Shown here: positions 1-12,272 of the stretch, piece after piece
How positions within the stretch are numbered: position 1 is the first letter of the stretch
How the letters are laid out: each line of letters begins with the position of its first letter
Origin: Felis catus
Lineage: Eukaryota
Assembly (NCBI RefSeq): GCF_018350175.1
Contig: NC_058373.1
Location: 110,672,001-110,736,000 of the forward strand
Direction: 5' to 3'
DNA length: 64,000 bases
Notes under the pieces: model-generated
Told to the model about the DNA's origin: nothing
Seen by the model: only the letters and a program-made list of their open reading frames with translations
Database searches by the model: none
Made by a program: the position numbers and the translations under genes

Positions 1-179
1 CCTACTCTAAAAAAATAATTGAATTGCCAATATTTAATGTTTACTCTTTAAAAGCACATGTGCATGCAGTAAGACTAATTTTGAGATTAAAAAAACCCAA
101 ACTATAAATAATTATATCATAATTAGAGATTTTATCATATCTTTTAGTTCTGTGGATATAGAATCTACACTTAAGTTAC

Positions 180-396
180 TTTTTTTAAGATAAATTCTCT
201 CTTTTTTTTAATGTTTAATTTTGAGAGAGAGAGAGAGAGCAGGGGAGGGGCAGAGAGAGATGGAGACACGGAATCTGAAGCAGGATCCAGGCTCTGAGCT
301 GTCAGCACAGAGCCCAATGCGGGGCTCAAAATCACAAACTGCGAGGTCATGACCTGAGCCGAAGTCAGATGGTTGACTGAAACACCCAGGCATCCC
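180..396 (-). mobile_element. CAN-SINE (felid SINEC, tRNA-derived)
   Basis: Reverse-strand tRNA-like head, GA tract, T-rich tail. Confidence 0.9.
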
Positions 397-756
397 AAGT
401 TATTATACTTGGAATGGTACATTTTTATTACAATCTAATTTTTATACAAACTTTAGAAGAACTCATTATGTTTGAAAGATAGTGATTGCCTTAGTTTACT
501 ACGAGTTAATCACCAGGAGGTGCTGGTCTTTTTGCAACATCACCTGCTTTTCTCCTGCCTGCCAGATAGCAGTTTGGAGAAGAATCTATTTAGAGCTTAC
601 CACCCACCATTCACATAACAGATTCCATGCAGGTCAAAGAGGCAAACAAAGGATATTGAGGAAAACAGATTATAGCGTGTTTTTGCCAGTAAAAGTTGTT
701 AATTGGCCATGGGTGTTGAGTATATCCTCCAGTGGAGTTTTTATTGTTCTTTGGCT

Positions 757-975
757 ATTTTTTTATTTTTTATTTTTTTAATGTGTATTTATTATTGAGA
801 AACAGACAGAGCATGAGCAGGGGAGGGGCAGAGAGAGGAGGAGACAACAGAATCGGAAGCAGGCTCCAGGCTCTGAGCTCTTAGCACAGAGCCTGATGCA
901 GGGCTTGAATTCACAAACCGGAGATCATGACCTGAGCCGAAGACGGGCTTAACTGACTGAGCCACCCAGGCACCC
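757..975 (-). mobile_element. CAN-SINE
   Basis: Ends ctgagccacccaggcacccc; T-rich tail. Confidence 0.9.
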
Positions 976-1999
976 CTTTGGCTGTTTTTATGTAGAAGAT
1001 GAGGACAGTTTTTGCCAGTTAAGAGTGATTACCTGATTTTAACATATCTTTATTTCACTTCCAATGTGAATAAGTTCATATTCTCATGAGAACATCCTCA
1101 TGTATTTTCTGACTTTTTTTTGTCTAATATATGCACACTTAATACTGGACTAGGACATCTTACACTATTTGTCTCTGGAGTTAAATTAAAGACTTCAGAG
1201 GAACCAGCAATTTGGGGGCTGTTAATTTTGTGCTTTCATGTTTCTTGAGAAGTAGGAGGACATGCCTTTCTATTCTAAATACATCTGTAAAATCCTGATA
1301 TCGAGTAGGCTTTGGCACGATTTTGATGAACATATTCAGTAAAAGATCTCTGTTTTCCAGGATAGATAAGAAAACCTCTATGTGGCTCCCACCATGGAAT
1401 TATACGTATTCTTTGGTTATGGCCAATTTGGGCTCCACCCCCATCTGTACCCTAGGATTTCCACCTCCCTCCTTTGCAGCTGGCACCTCGTGGCTGACCA
1501 GAGAGGCTCGTGTGCAGATGAGCATAAGGAGAAAGGCGTTCATTAAAGCTCAGTCTATAAATCATCCTTAAGCCCCATTCCCTATTCCCACCCCCCCCAG
1601 TCACATGCAGTAGGGCCTCTTTCCCCTCCCCCCAAATGCAGTCCTTTTATATTTCTCTTCCTTTGTGCAGACTAACCCTTGACCCTCCTTTAAACCCAGT
1701 TTCACCCAAAGCAGCACGGGGAATGGGAACATAACATGACATAAGTGGGAATCATAACTTTTCTTCTCTTGGGACCAGAACCCTTTAGGTTTGGCCCTAG
1801 GCTTTTTTTTGTTTTTTTCCAGGAATGACTAAAAATATGATCTATTTTCTTCATTTTGGCTTAGTGCTAAGAGTCTAATGTAGCAAGAAGGAATAAGAAA
1901 GCATGCTAATAGGCCACTGAAAATCTGTGGATTTATCGCCAAGCTGGCTTTCCCCTCTTTCCTTTGGAGCCTGCCCTCGCCGGTGAAATGTGCAGCATT

Positions 2000-2294
2000 T
2001 TTGCTGACTAGCTTGGTAGCAACTAGTCAACTAGCTAGTTGGTAGCTCAACTAGCAAGGGCTGTTGAGCCCTTGGAATGTAGCTGGTCCATATTTAAAGG
2101 TGCCATAAATGTAAAACATACACTGTACAGAAAAGTCTAAAAATGGATGAAATACCTCATTAATCATTCTAAAATATTGATTACATATTAAAATGATAAT
2201 ATTTGAGGGTTTGGATACAATAAATGTATTGTTAAAATTAATTACACATGTTTCTTTTTACTGTGGCTACCAGAAATTTTAAAATTACATTTGT
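2000..2294. mobile_element. MER33-like hAT-Charlie MITE
   Basis: ggtagc..actag, attgattacatattaaaatgataatattt and tgtggctaccagaaattttaaaattacat match recalled MER33/MER3 consensus. Confidence 0.7.
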
Positions 2295-2417
2295 GGGGGC
2301 ACCTGGGTGGCTCAGTCAGTTGAGTGTCTGACTCTTGATTTCGGCTCAGGTCATGATCCAGGGTCGTGGGATTGAGCCCTGTATTGGGCTTCATGTTGAG
2401 TGTGGAGCCTGCTTAAG

Positions 2418-2451
<34 letters not shown>

Positions 2452-2594
2452 AGTCGGTTAAGTGTCTGGCTCAGATTATGATCTCATGGTTCATGAGTTC
2501 GAGCCCTGCATTGGGCTGTGTGCTGACGACTCAGAGCCTGGAGCTGGCTTTGGATTCTGTGCCCCCCCCCCCCACTTCCCTTCCCCTGCTCATG

Positions 2595-2625
<31 letters not shown>

Positions 2626-2650
2626 AAAAATAAATAAACATTAAAAAAAA
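2295..2650 (+). mobile_element. Fused pair of CAN-SINEs
   Basis: Two SINE bodies joined at the CT tract, with one A tail. Confidence 0.85.
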
Positions 2651-3449
2651 ATTTTTTAGACCCTATTTCAATTTGAGGATTTGGAGTGTTTAAATTTGTT
2701 ATTTATACTCAGTAAAATTTGAAATTTATAATCAATTTATAATTATTATGTACCTAACATAAAAATTATGAAATAAAATTGAAAAGAAAAACAACTCAAA
2801 ATTCACTAAGAGATGAATTTGCAGATCAAACTAGGAGGTTCCCAAATGTGCTCATTTTCTGCCTCCATTTCCTGGACTCATTTCAGGTTTATATGCGGAG
2901 CTAAATCAGAATGGTAAGAAGAAGCCCGTTACATTTTGTACTTGATTTCCACAGTGTAGGCTACATTAGTTTGCTTTAGGCTTTAAGGGAGAAGAAGTCC
3001 CAGTTTTATGGCAACTTGAGGGGAAGGAGAAGAGGTTCATGGTACCTTCTCTTCTAACGTTTAAAAAGAGAAGAAGAAAAGAAAAGAGGAGAAAATGTGT
3101 GTTTCCTGTGCTATCTCTGTGTCACTTCAAAACCTCACTAAGATGGTGCTGGTTTGAGTTGTACAAACGCAAGTGCTGCTCTCAGTCTTCTCCCAGAAGG
3201 CAAGCTGACTTGGTATTCCAGAAACTGAGTTTGGTTGGTTTGTCTGCAGGGTGTCTGGTTTCAGCTGGCAGAGGCCGTGGAAGGGGGGAAATGCCACATG
3301 AGCACTCCTGTCAGGTGGGGGCCTCAGGTGGCACAGAAGGACGCTGAGGCTCGTCCCGAAAGCTTGTGCTGGGCTCTGTAGTTTAACGTTTTTGTTCTGT
3401 AAAATATTCTAAAGGAAAAGCTTTTTTCTCTAGCATTCTGGTTACAGGG

Positions 3450-3670
3450 ACAGTTGTGGAGCTGTGACAGGCCCAAGTTCTAGTACAGACTCTGTCCCTA
3501 ATTAAATGTCTTTGGACTTCAGTCTTCTCAGCTGTAAAGTGAGAATGATAATGCTGACTACACCATAGGGATCTTATGAGGACTAAATATGATCATTTAA
3601 ATGGTTTAGCATAATGCTTGCCACATAGTCCGTACTTCGTACACGCTCACGGTGTTTATTGCCTTAGCTC
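3450..3670 (+). mobile_element. MIR
   Basis: cttcagtcttctcagctgtaaagtgagaatgataat ... gaggactaaat core. Confidence 0.65.
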
Positions 3671-4689
3671 CTTGTTGAAGACTTGCACGTGAGGAAACCA
3701 GTGTGTGAATGAAGATGCTGCAGGAGGGGAGGGGTCCACCCCGGTAAAAGCTGAACCACTTCTTCAGTGTTTCCCTCAAATAGAGGGCTAACGTAGGCTC
3801 GCACAGACCATGCAGTTCCTGTGAGAAGGCTGGAGGTCCTGAGGGGTTTGGGTCTTCTGCCCCAGACCACCAGAGTTCAGGATGGTTCTTGAAAGTCTGA
3901 TAACAAGGGCCAATCCTTGGGGTCTCTGACTCTGAAAGCAAGAAGCAGAAGCGAAACCAGAATCAGCCTTGGAGTGCCTGGGTCTAGCGTCGGCCCCCTT
4001 GAGGGATCAAGTCATTGAAGGTGCACGGCCCTTCCCCATCAGTTCTCCAGTCCTCCGCCGGCCATGCCTGCTGTCCTCAGGCTGGGAATCAGAACTAGAA
4101 TGGCCCATCTTAGGGAGGGGGCCAAGCTCAGTAAGCGTGCCCATGTCAGTACAGTATCCTTAACATTGAATTTGTGTTACAAAGACTCCTGAGCAGATGC
4201 CTGCCTTTAGGAGACAAGGCTCAGCGTGCATACTGCATCTAGAAGGAAGAGCACACTGCTGTCCCAGTCGACTAGACATTTTTGAAAATATTTTTTTTAT
4301 CATTTTCTTTTTGTTTAAGATTTGATTCTTTGTCTTTTTCTCCATTTTAGATTTACCCTCTAGTTCTTTATTTCCCTACCTAGTAACACCCCATGTTACC
4401 TCCTTACCACCTTCCCGCTCTCCTTACTCCCCGACGCTCACATCACCAAAAAGAACGTTCATTTCCTGCTGTCTTGTTTATCCTGAATTTGCATTGGGTG
4501 TTGATCTGGATAACCTAAGAAGTTGAAGAAAAAGATAACTGGGATTCATCAATGCCTTTTGATAGCATTTATGCGGCTAAATAGCCTTGGGGCCACGGGT
4601 ATTGATCCTTTTGAAGATAGGGGCTTGCCCAGGTCGCTGAAAGATCGAACTTCCCTCTCCACGTATAGTTGTGATTTTTTGTATTGCAG

Positions 4690-4732
4690 GGAGAAAAGAT
4701 CAGATACACAGAAAGACTGGAAATTCTTTGAG
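4690..4732 (+). CDS. PPP1R36: PPP1R36 internal coding exon (43 nt)
   Basis: tattgcAG|G GAG AAA AGA TCA ... TTT GAG|GTgagt; encodes EKRSDTQKDWKFFE, matching recalled human EKISDTQKDWKFFE; phase 0 into the next exon. Confidence 0.9.
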
Positions 4733-5042
4733 GTGAGTCAGTTACCTTTTGGGGCTTTTCTCTTTTATATGAAACATGGAGTAGACCAAGAACCAATAGC
4801 CATGTGTCAGGCACTTATTTTTAGTGAATATCTTTTCTTCAAAGGATGCTAACAAGCTGTATGCCATCTCTTAAATTTTCCTCCTGCAAAGGTGAGTACG
4901 TGTGTAATTTGCCACCACTTTTCAGGAATGTGCAGAAATTGGGTTATCTGGGTTCGTGTCTGCTTAGCAATGTTCTATAGACAGGTGAGAGTTCCTACCA
5001 CTATAGCTGTGCACTGTGATTCTTGTCTGTTTTCTGTTGTAG

Positions 5043-5221
5043 TCCTTTTACACTTTCTGTACATATGTAGCTTGGATTGTGTTCCGACGTCAACACTTCA
5101 CAGAGATTGAGGAAGAAATAGGAAGGCTCTTTCGTACCAATATGTTCAACATTCCTCGGAGGAAGCGTGAGGAGGAAGAATCAGGAGGGGAAAAGAAACG
5201 CATGACTTTTGTACAATTCAG
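5043..5221 (+). CDS. PPP1R36: PPP1R36 internal coding exon (179 nt)
   Basis: Pyrimidine tract then tgtAG|TCC ... TTC AG|GTatga; encodes [59 protein letters not shown](R). Confidence 0.93.
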
Positions 5222-5305
5222 GTATGACATTTTGACTTTCCAAAGCTCGAGAACATTTCTAGAAAACTGGATGATGTAACCTAAATGTTACCTCTTCCCA
5301 CCCAG

Positions 5306-5497
5306 GAGAATGATGGCGAAACGCCCAGCAATTAAAAAAGCCATTAACATGCGCTCTCCAGTCATGTCTACTCTGCTGCCATCTCTCAGAGAAAAAGCTC
5401 AGAATATCTTTGAGAAAAAGTATCATCAAGGAGTCGTCAAACTCCCGGCCCCGATGCAAGAGCACATGGAAAGTCTGGACTCTGTGCTCATGCCAAA
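5306..5497 (+). CDS. PPP1R36: PPP1R36 penultimate coding exon (192 nt)
   Basis: cttcccacccAG|G AGA ATG ... CCA AA|GTaagt; encodes [63 protein letters not shown](K); phases fit both neighbours. Confidence 0.93.
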
Positions 5498-6020
5498 GTA
5501 AGTGGTCCAAGGAGAGAGAAAGGAGAGCCCTGGGTTGTGTGCTAGGTTGGGCTGGGAGGGGCAGGGCTTTAGACGCCGTGCCAAGGCCAGAAAGTTGAAC
5601 GAAGATGAAAGCACCACCTTCCTACCCACCCCCTCCCCTCTGTACCTGCTTCCTTTCCCAGGCAGCTCTTGGTACACCCATCTAGACTAGAAAACATTGC
5701 TAGAAAGTTATGCTGGCCTTCAGATAGTTCTCATTTGGAGGAGAGAGTAGCAGACTCCATAAGCTGAGGGTTTTCCATTAGAAGACATATCTCTGGTAAG
5801 TGTGAAGAGAACCATTACAAAATCTTACTGTGGGCTGCTTTTGGACCCCTATTTAAAATCACAGTGGTAGTTCATGGAAACAGGGAAAACTTCTATGTGT
5901 GTGTGTAATATGTGCATGTGTGTACGTATGTGTGTAGCTTACGCACAAGCACACAACCACAGCCATACACCTCATTCTTTGGCCACACTGCTTCAGCTAT
6001 ACCAATAATTCTTTTCACAG

Positions 6021-6207
6021 AGTTGGCATCTTGGGGGAGCCTCGATGTCAGTTCAACCCCCATACCCTCCTCCCCCTTGAACCAGAAGAAAACAAAAGAA
6101 TGTCTGGGATACATTCTTCCCTGATAGAAAGAAATAACATGAGGATCCAGGATACACTGGACTTAGTCACGAGAACATTGTCCTCTCAAACAACATTCCC
6201 TAAATAA
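6021..6207 (+). CDS. PPP1R36: PPP1R36 last coding exon, to stop codon
   Basis: cttttcacAG|A GTT GGC...; encodes [61 protein letters not shown] then TAA (6205-6207); resembles the recalled human C-terminus. Confidence 0.92.
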
Positions 6208-6248
6208 CCTGGTACATTCCAGTTCTGTAATTAAGTCCCTGCATTTGA

Positions 6249-6357
6249 AGTAAACTACTTCAACTTAATCACTTTATATAGGACTAATATTTATTATTAT
6301 TACGCTTTTTAAATTGTTCAAATTATTTTGTTAAAAGTTCAACAGTGGACTATTAAA
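6249..6357 (+). terminator. Candidate non-canonical poly(A) signals for PPP1R36
   Basis: AGTAAA 6249-6254 and ATTAAA 6352-6357, with T/GT-rich sequence downstream of the latter; no AATAAA until the SINE tail at 6686. Confidence 0.4.
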
Positions 6358-6513
6358 AGAAATTTCAGAAAGCTCTTGAAAAGCTCATTTTCCTATATTT
6401 ACTAGTTTGCTTTGTTATTTAGTTACTTCCTTGGCTTCTATGTGACTATTTAGAGTAACGTATTAGAACGTTTAACCAGTGTTCTAGTAGACTAGTGAAG
6501 AGACAGTCTGTTT

Positions 6514-6712
6514 AGGGGGCGCCTGGGTGGCTCAGTTGGTTGAGCATCCGACTTCAACTCATGTCGCGATCTTGCAGTTCGTGAGTTCAAGCCCAACGCT
6601 GGGCTTGCTGCTGTCAGCGCAGAGCCTGCTTCGGCTCCTCTGTCTCCCTTTCTCTCTGCCACTCCCCTGCTTGTGCTCTCTCAAAAATAAATAAAACACC
6701 TAAAAAAATAAA
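6514..6712 (+). mobile_element. CAN-SINE
   Basis: ggggcgcctgggtggctcag head; AATAAA-containing tail. Confidence 0.9.
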
Positions 6713-6899
6713 AGAAACATTCTGTTTGTTTGTTTCTAAGTTCATTTTTACTTTATGAGAGTATCTTTGGTACATTTGAAAATGAAATTTTATAAGCGAA
6801 ATAAAATGTTTTTAAAATTAAATCTCGATGGCTATGTTATTTTTTGCGTTGAGATATAAAGTACATCTTGCTCATTTCAAACCCTTTTAACATATATGT

Positions 6900-7600
6900 T
6901 TCATTCATTCTTTCGTTTACTCATTTGACAACAAATATGTATTGAGCCTCTGCTCTAGGTGTGCCTGGATGGCTCAGTTGGTTAAGCGTGCAACTTCGGC
7001 TTAGGTCATGAACTCACAGTTCATGGATCCGAGCCCTGCGTTGGGCTCTGTGCTGACAGCTCAGAGCCTGGAGCCTGCTTAGGATTCTGTTTCCCTCTCT
7101 CTCCGCCCCTCCCCAGTTCTCACTCAGTCTCTCTCTGTCTCTCAAAAATAAACATTAAAAAAAAAAAAAAGCCTCTGCTCCATCCAAAGCCTTGTGGTGG
7201 GTTATGTAGGGAAAAGGGATCATCAAGACAGAGACCATATCCTCAGGTCTGGATGGTAGAGAAGATAAATAAAATACACACCTGCTCACAAGACAATTTT
7301 AAATGTATTAGAGGCCATGAAAGAGATAAAAACCAAGTGCCCTAAGAGGACCGAGCAGAAGAACAATCACTTCTAGGGGGACTGGGAGCATTCTGACTCG
7401 AATTTGGCTTTGCAGGGATTGGGTGACACGAAAGGGGGACTTCCGGTCAAGAAAGAACGTGTGCAAGGACACAGAGATGAAAAAGTGTGCCCTGTGAGGA
7501 AAGGCAAGAGCACAGTGGAGCAGAATGCAAAGGACAGCTAAATGTCCACTAGGGAGTGAGTTGGATGTTACCTGGCAGACGATTAGAAATCACTCGGGAA
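6900..7600 (-). mobile_element. L2 fragment, interrupted by a SINE
   Basis: tcattcattc..caacaaatatgtattgagc 3'-end signature followed by purine-rich degenerate L2 body. Confidence 0.55.
6958..7170 (+). mobile_element. CAN-SINE
   Basis: Head, CT tract, poly-A; flanked by gcctctgctc repeat. Confidence 0.9.
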
Positions 7601-7744
7601 AGCACTCCACTATGTGGAATACAGAGCCACTGGTTCTATGTTACCATTTTAAAGTCCTGTAGGAGTTTCACCTGTTAAAACAACTGGATTGAGTTAATCT
7701 TTCTGTGGTCACAAAGTTTATCCTCAAGCTTCAAAATCCTCCTC

Positions 7745-7949
7745 GGGCACCTGGGTGGCTCCGTTGGTTAAGCGTCTGACTCTTCATTTCAGCTCAGGTC
7801 ATGATCTCTCAGGTTCGTGAGATCGAGCCCTGCATTGGGCTCTGTGCTGACAGCATGGAGCCTGCTTGGGATTCTCTCTCTCCTTCTCTCTCTGCCCCTC
7901 CTCCACTTGCACATGTGCTCTCTCTCTCAAAATAAACATTAAAAAAAAA
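7745..7949 (+). mobile_element. CAN-SINE
   Basis: Head and tail; TSD aaaatcctcct. Confidence 0.9.
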
Positions 7950-8279
7950 TCCTCCTGTTAGCCTTTAGCTAAAAATGCGTTCATTTCACAGAGAAAACTG
8001 GACACCTTCCCCAGATTTAATATCAAGAGCAGAGGCACATCAACTCCAGCCTATGGCTAACGCAGGATGGCTTCAACATACCCTCTGTCTTCATGCTGTT
8101 ATTCTTTACCATCCAAGTCAATTCTGGTGACGACTCCCATTAAAACTGCAAAGTTTTTATCAAAATTGCGGGCTATGAACTAACTTTTGTTGGACTTTTA
8201 CGTAGAGAATTTGGTTATAATACACTCCGTCATGACAAGTTTCTATCTAGAATATGCTGACATGGTTTTATTTTTGGTT

Positions 8280-8515
8280 TTTATTTTTTTATATTTAAAA
8301 ATGTTTAAAAATTTTTTAATATTTATTTTTGAGAGAGAGACAGACACAGAGACACAGAGTGTGAGCAGGGGAGGAGAAGAGAGAGAGGGAGACATAGAAT
8401 CCAAAGCAGGCTCCAGGCTCTGAGCTGTCAGCACAGAGCCTGACACTCATGAACCGGCAGATCATGACCTGAGCTGAAGTCAGACGCTTAACCGACTGAG
8501 CCACCCAGGTGCCCC
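8280..8515 (-). mobile_element. CAN-SINE
   Basis: Reverse head, GA tract, T tail. Confidence 0.9.
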
Positions 8516-8629
8516 TAGTTTTTGATATTTTAAAATAAAACCTGGGAATTATGAGACTTTTATAACTATCTTTCCTAGGGTGTTAGGCTTTTCTCTACCT
8601 CCCTTCTGAACGAGGCTTTGGTGTACATC

Positions 8630-8960
8630 ATTTATCAATTCCTTCATTTGTTTACTCATTTTTTCATTCCATAGTTGGTATATCCCCACTCTGTGCTGGG
8701 TACCATGTTTGGTGCTAGGAATTCAGTGTGGAAAAAATATAGCCAGCTCTGACTTGGAACCAACAAGTCTTGGGGAGAGACAGACGGGAAACATACTCAG
8801 ATATTGAACTAATCAAGTGGGGATGAATACCGCACAAGAGAAAAAGAATGCCAAGAGTGTGTAACCAGAGACTTGCTGGTATGTGAGAAATGGGCAGGGG
8901 AAGGAGAAGTCATCCCTGAGGAAGTAAGACTCGAAGGCACACGGGATCAGAGCAGTGGGA
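8630..8960 (-). mobile_element. L2 fragment
   Basis: cattt..actctgtgctgggtaccatgtttggtgctagg signature. Confidence 0.55.
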
Positions 8961-8985
8961 AGCGAGGAGGGAAGTACTCCTAACT

Positions 8986-9086
8986 GTATTAGTTACCTAT
9001 TGCTGTGAAACAAATTACCCCAAAACATAGTGGCTTGAAAGAGTAACATTTATTGTCTCACAGTTTCTGTGGATCAGGGATCTGGG
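8986..9086. mobile_element. MLT1 (MaLR) LTR terminal fragment
   Basis: tgtattagttacctattgctgtgaaacaaattaccccaaaac..ctcacagtttctgtggatcagg; stops abruptly at the L1. Confidence 0.75.
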
Positions 9087-9407
9087 TTTTTCATATATGA
9101 CCTCTCATGTTGAGACATGTTCCCTCTAGACCTACTTTGCAGAGGGCTTTTTTCATGAATGGATGCTGTACTTTGTCAAATGCTTTTTCTGTATCTATTG
9201 AAATTATCATATGGTTTTTATTCTTTCTCTATTATTGATGTGCTGTATCACATCGACTGATTTTTGAGTATTGAACCACCTTTGCAACCCAGGAATAAAT
9301 ATCATTTGATTGTGATAAGTGAGTTTTTAAATGTATTGTTGGATTTGGTTTGCTACTATTTTGTTGAGGATTTACGCATCTATGTTCATTATAGATATTG
9401 GCCTGTA

Positions 9408-9442
<35 letters not shown>

Positions 9443-10535
9443 GTGGTATCTTTATCTGATTTTGATATCAGGGTAATGCTGGCCTCATAAAATGAATTTG
9501 GAAGTTTTCCTTCTTTTTCTATTTTTTGGAATACTTTGATAAGAATAGGTATTAACTCTTCTTTAAATGTTTGGTAGAATTTGCCTTTGAAGCCATCTGG
9601 TCCTGGACTTTTGTTTGTTGGGAGATTGTTGAATACTGGTTCAATTTCTTTGCTGGTAGTCAGACTGTTCAAATTTTCTATTTTGTCCTGTTTCAGTTTT
9701 GGTAGGTTGTACGTTTCTAGGAATTTATCCATTTCTTCTCAGTTGTCCCAATTTGTTGGCATATAGTTTTTCACAGTATTCTCTTGTAATTGTTTGTATT
9801 TCTGTGGTGTTGGTTGTTATTTCTCCTCTCATTTGTGATTTTATTTATTTGGGATTTTTCTCTTTTTTTCTTGATAAGCCTGACCAGAAGTTTATCAATT
9901 TTAATAACCTTTTTTCAAAGAACCAGTTCCTGGTTTCATTGATCTATTTTATTGTTTGTTTGTTTGTTTGTTTTAGTTTCTATATCATTTATTTCTGCTC
10001 TAATCTTTATTATTTCCTTCCTTTGCTTGTTTTAAGTTTTGTTTGTTCTTTTTATAGCTCCTTTAAGTGTAAGGTTAGGTTGTTTATTTGAGATTTTTCT
10101 AGCTTCTTGAGATAAGCCTGTATTGCTATAAAGTCTCTATTGGAACCACTTTTGCTGTATCCCAAACGTTTTGAAACATTGTGTTTTCATTTTCATTTGT
10201 TTCCATGTACTTTTTAATTTCTTTTTTATCTCTTGGTTTACTCATTCATTGTTTAGTAGCATGCTATTTATGTCTATGTATTTGTGGTCTTTCCAGATAT
10301 TTTCTTGTGGTTGACTTCTAGTTTCATAGTGTTGTAGTCAGAAAAGATGCATGGTATGACTTTGATCTTTTTTAATTTGTTGAGGCTTGTTTTGTGGCCT
10401 AATATGTGATCTGTTCTGGAGAATGTTCCATGTGCACTTGAAAAGAATGTGTACTCTGCTGTTTTAGGATGGAATGTTCTGAATATGTCTGTTAAATCCA
10501 TCTGATTCAGTGTGTCATTCAAAGCCATTTTTCCA

Positions 10536-10750
10536 GGGCACCTGGGTGGCTCAGTTAAGCATCTGACTCCTGGTTTCAGTTCAGGTCATGATTTCTCAGT
10601 TTATGGGTTTGAGCCCCATGTCGGGCTCCACACTGACAATGCAGAGCCTACTCATGATTCTCTGTCTGTCCCTCTCTCTCTGCCTCTCCCCTGCTCTCTC
10701 TCTCTCTTTAAAAATAAATAAAACTTTGAAAAAAAAAAGAAAAAGAAAAC
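10536..10750 (+). mobile_element. CAN-SINE inside L1
   Basis: Head and tail; caaagccatt repeated on both sides. Confidence 0.88.
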
Positions 10751-10854
10751 AAAGCCATTATTTCCTTGTTGATTTTGTTTAAATGGTGTGTCCATTGATG
10801 TAAGTGGGGTGTTAAAATCCCCTACTACTGTTGTATTATCGATTAGTTTCTTTA

Positions 10855-10955
10855 TGTTTTTTTTTTAAGTTTATTTATTTTGAGAGAGGGAGAGCACATG
10901 TGCTTTCACGAGGAGCAGAGAGAAAGGGAGAAGATTGAATCCCAAGCAGATCTCT
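10855..10955 (-). mobile_element. 5'-truncated CAN-SINE inside L1
   Basis: T tail, GA tract and gaatcccaagcag only. Confidence 0.7.
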
Positions 10956-11589
10956 GTTGAATAAATATTTATAATTGTTACATCTTCTTGTTGGATTGCC
11001 CCCTTATTAGATAGTGTCCTTCTTTGACTCTTGTTATAGTCTTTGTTTTAAAGTCTATTTTGTCCAATATAAGTATTGGTACTCTGGCTTTCTTTTGACA
11101 TCCATTTGCATGATAAATGTTTCGCCACCCTCTCACTTTCAATCTGCAGGTGTCCTTAGGTCTAAAATTAGTCTTTTGTAGGCAGCAAATAGATGGGTCT
11201 TGTGTTTTATCCATTCTGTTGCCCTATGTTTTTTTATTGGAGCATTTAGTCCATTTACATTCAAAGTAATTATCAATAGATATGTATTTATTGCTATTTT
11301 ATTACTTTCTGAAGATTGTCTCTGACCCTCTCTTGTCTTCTTTCATGGTTTGCTGGTTTTCTTTAGTGATATATTTTATTTTCTTTCTCTTTATTCTTTG
11401 CATAGTTATTAGTGGTTTTTGATTTGTGGTTACCATTAGGTTTGTTTATAACTTCCTCTGTACATAGCAGCCTATGTTATTAATTTGATGGTCATTTAAG
11501 GTTGTGCCCATTCTTTACTCCTCTCCTCCCACATTTTAGGTATATAGTGTCATATTTTATATTCTTTTATTTTGTGAGTTCCTTGAATG

Positions 11590-11843
11590 ATTTTTTATTT
11601 TTATTTTTTTTATTTTTTATTAAAAAAATTTTTTTGTTAACGTTTTATTTATTTTTGAGACAGAGAGAGACAGAGCATGAACGGGGGAGGGGCAGAGAGA
11701 GAGGGAGACGCAGAATCGGAAGCAGGCTCCAGGCTCTGAGCCATCAGCCCAGAGCCCGATGCGGGGCTTGAACTCACAGGACCGCGAGATCGTGACCTGA
11801 GCTGAAGTTGGACGTTCAACCGACTGAGCCACCCAGGCGCCCC
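11590..11843 (-). mobile_element. Young felid CAN-SINE inside L1
   Basis: CpGs retained; TSD ttgaatgattttt. Confidence 0.92.
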
Positions 11844-12054
11844 TTGAATGATTTTTTAAATAGAATATTCATTTTTACTGCTTTTGTGTTTCCGACCTTC
11901 AAACTGCCATTTTTGGTCTTTCCTTTCCACTCAAAAAGTCCCCTTTAGTTTTTCTTGCAGGGCTGGTTTAATGGTCATAAACTCCTTTAGTTTTTGTTTG
12001 TCTGGGAAACCATCTCTCCTTTTATTCTAAATGATAGCCTTGCTGGATAGTGTT

Positions 12055-12272
12055 GTTTTTTTTATTTTTATTTTTTAATGTTTGTTTATTTTTGAGAGAG
12101 AGCCAGAGCGTGAGCCAGGGAGGGGCAGAGAGAGAGGGAGACACAGAATCTGAAGCAGGCTCCAGGTTCTGAGTGGTCAGCATAGAGCCTGACCTGGGGC
12201 TTGAACCAACGAACTGTGAGATCATGACCTGAGCCGAAGTCGGATGCTTAACCAACTGAGCCACCCAAGCGT
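12055..12272 (-). mobile_element. CAN-SINE inside L1
   Basis: Reverse head and tail. Confidence 0.88.

Noticed and set aside
1445..1760. Possible reverse-strand LTR remnant in the PPP1R36 intron
   Set aside because: No clear termini, TSD or family match by eye
3355..3390. cttgtgctgggc (LVLG), resembling the preceding PPP1R36 exon
   Set aside because: Flanking codons do not match, a stop follows and there are no splice sites; the real exon must lie upstream of the window
5190..5210. KKRMTF as a PP1-docking RVxF motif
   Set aside because: Lacks the required V/I; no basis to call it functional
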